A stretch of DNA of 64,000 nucleotides from Guillardia theta CCMP2712. Lineage: Eukaryota; Protista; Cryptophyta. How positions within the stretch are numbered: position 1 is the first letter of the stretch; each line of letters opens with the position of its first letter. Below the pieces are notes generated by a model. The model did not search any database. It was not told the origin of the DNA and worked only from the letters and a program-made list of their open reading frames with translations. Below, piece after piece: positions 63,336 through 64,000 of the stretch. A program made the translations under genes and the position numbers. The stretch spans positions 302,006-366,005 of the forward strand of contig NW_005434672.1 in NCBI RefSeq assembly GCF_000315625.1. The letters are read 5' to 3'.

Positions 63336-64000
63336 CCCGGGGACGGCAGACGAATCGAGTCCACAAGTACGAGAATGAGGGTGTGTGGGAGATCGGGAGG
63401 GAGGGTTGGGGGAAAGGAGGAAGAGAAGAGAAGGGAAGGAAGGGACTGAAGGGGACACTGAGAGGGGGAATGAGGATGTAACGATCAGGTGACGAGCATG
63501 AACGCATTCATCATCTTCATGAGCGCGCGGAACGAGCAGCCGTTCTTCGCTCGCAGAGCCATGGCAGGTCAACGGCGACGAAGAAGGGGTCACTGACCAT
63601 TTTGAAGGCTACGGATATCGAGGGGGTGGGGGTGGGGATATTCATCTGAAACTCCAGGAAGTTGAGTGGTACTGCATGGTGAAAGTGGGGGTACTGAGGT
63701 GATTCGACGCTTTTTGCCAGGGTACCGTCCGAGTCAGATATCAGAGCATGGAGTCAAGAGGTGGGGGCGAACAGTGAGAGGGAGGGAGGGAGGGAGGGAG
63801 GGAGGGAGAGGAGCAGAAATGGGATGAAGGAGGAGGATGACAGATATGAATGTGGAGAAAGATGAATAGATGCAAGACAGCAGATCGACGTCATCCACCA
63901 GTTTGAAGGATCTGTTCGACCGGAGTTTGCGATGACGGTCTCTGCAAAGGACTTTCGTCTAGCAGTTCGAGGAATCGTTCCCTAGTGCAAGATTGGCAGC

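Noticed and set aside
63860-64000. Start of another gene at the right edge
   Set aside because: Too little sequence to assign strand or product.

Overview
Gene-dense eukaryotic nuclear DNA with about 24 protein-coding genes. Most introns are about 45-52 nt; longer ones are filled with simple repeats. Several genes carry signal-peptide-plus-Phe bipartite presequences typical of red-algal-derived complex plastids, which is most consistent with a cryptophyte of the Guillardia/Hanusia type (inference). There is one 150-N assembly gap (11953-12102). I recognised no rRNA, tRNA, CRISPR array or transposase. The strongest finding is a small DUF3253-like gene (38399-39069, +). Its family-conserved Cys (CPSE motif) is encoded by an in-frame TGA, and a canonical-looking SECIS element follows (39182-39248), making it a candidate new selenoprotein family with a Cys-Sec (CU) motif. 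Other notable items: a C2-PDZ-sodium:solute symporter fusion with degenerate transport motifs, a YbhB/YbcL-type PEBP fused to a saposin-like domain, a NEK kinase-MORN fusion, a dysbindin-like protein, a plastid-targeted mitochondrial-carrier-family protein, a stand-alone FtsH-lumenal-domain-like protein, and a giant secreted H-type-lectin/filamin-repeat protein. Exon structures were built by eye and family assignments come from remembered motifs; no database searches were run.
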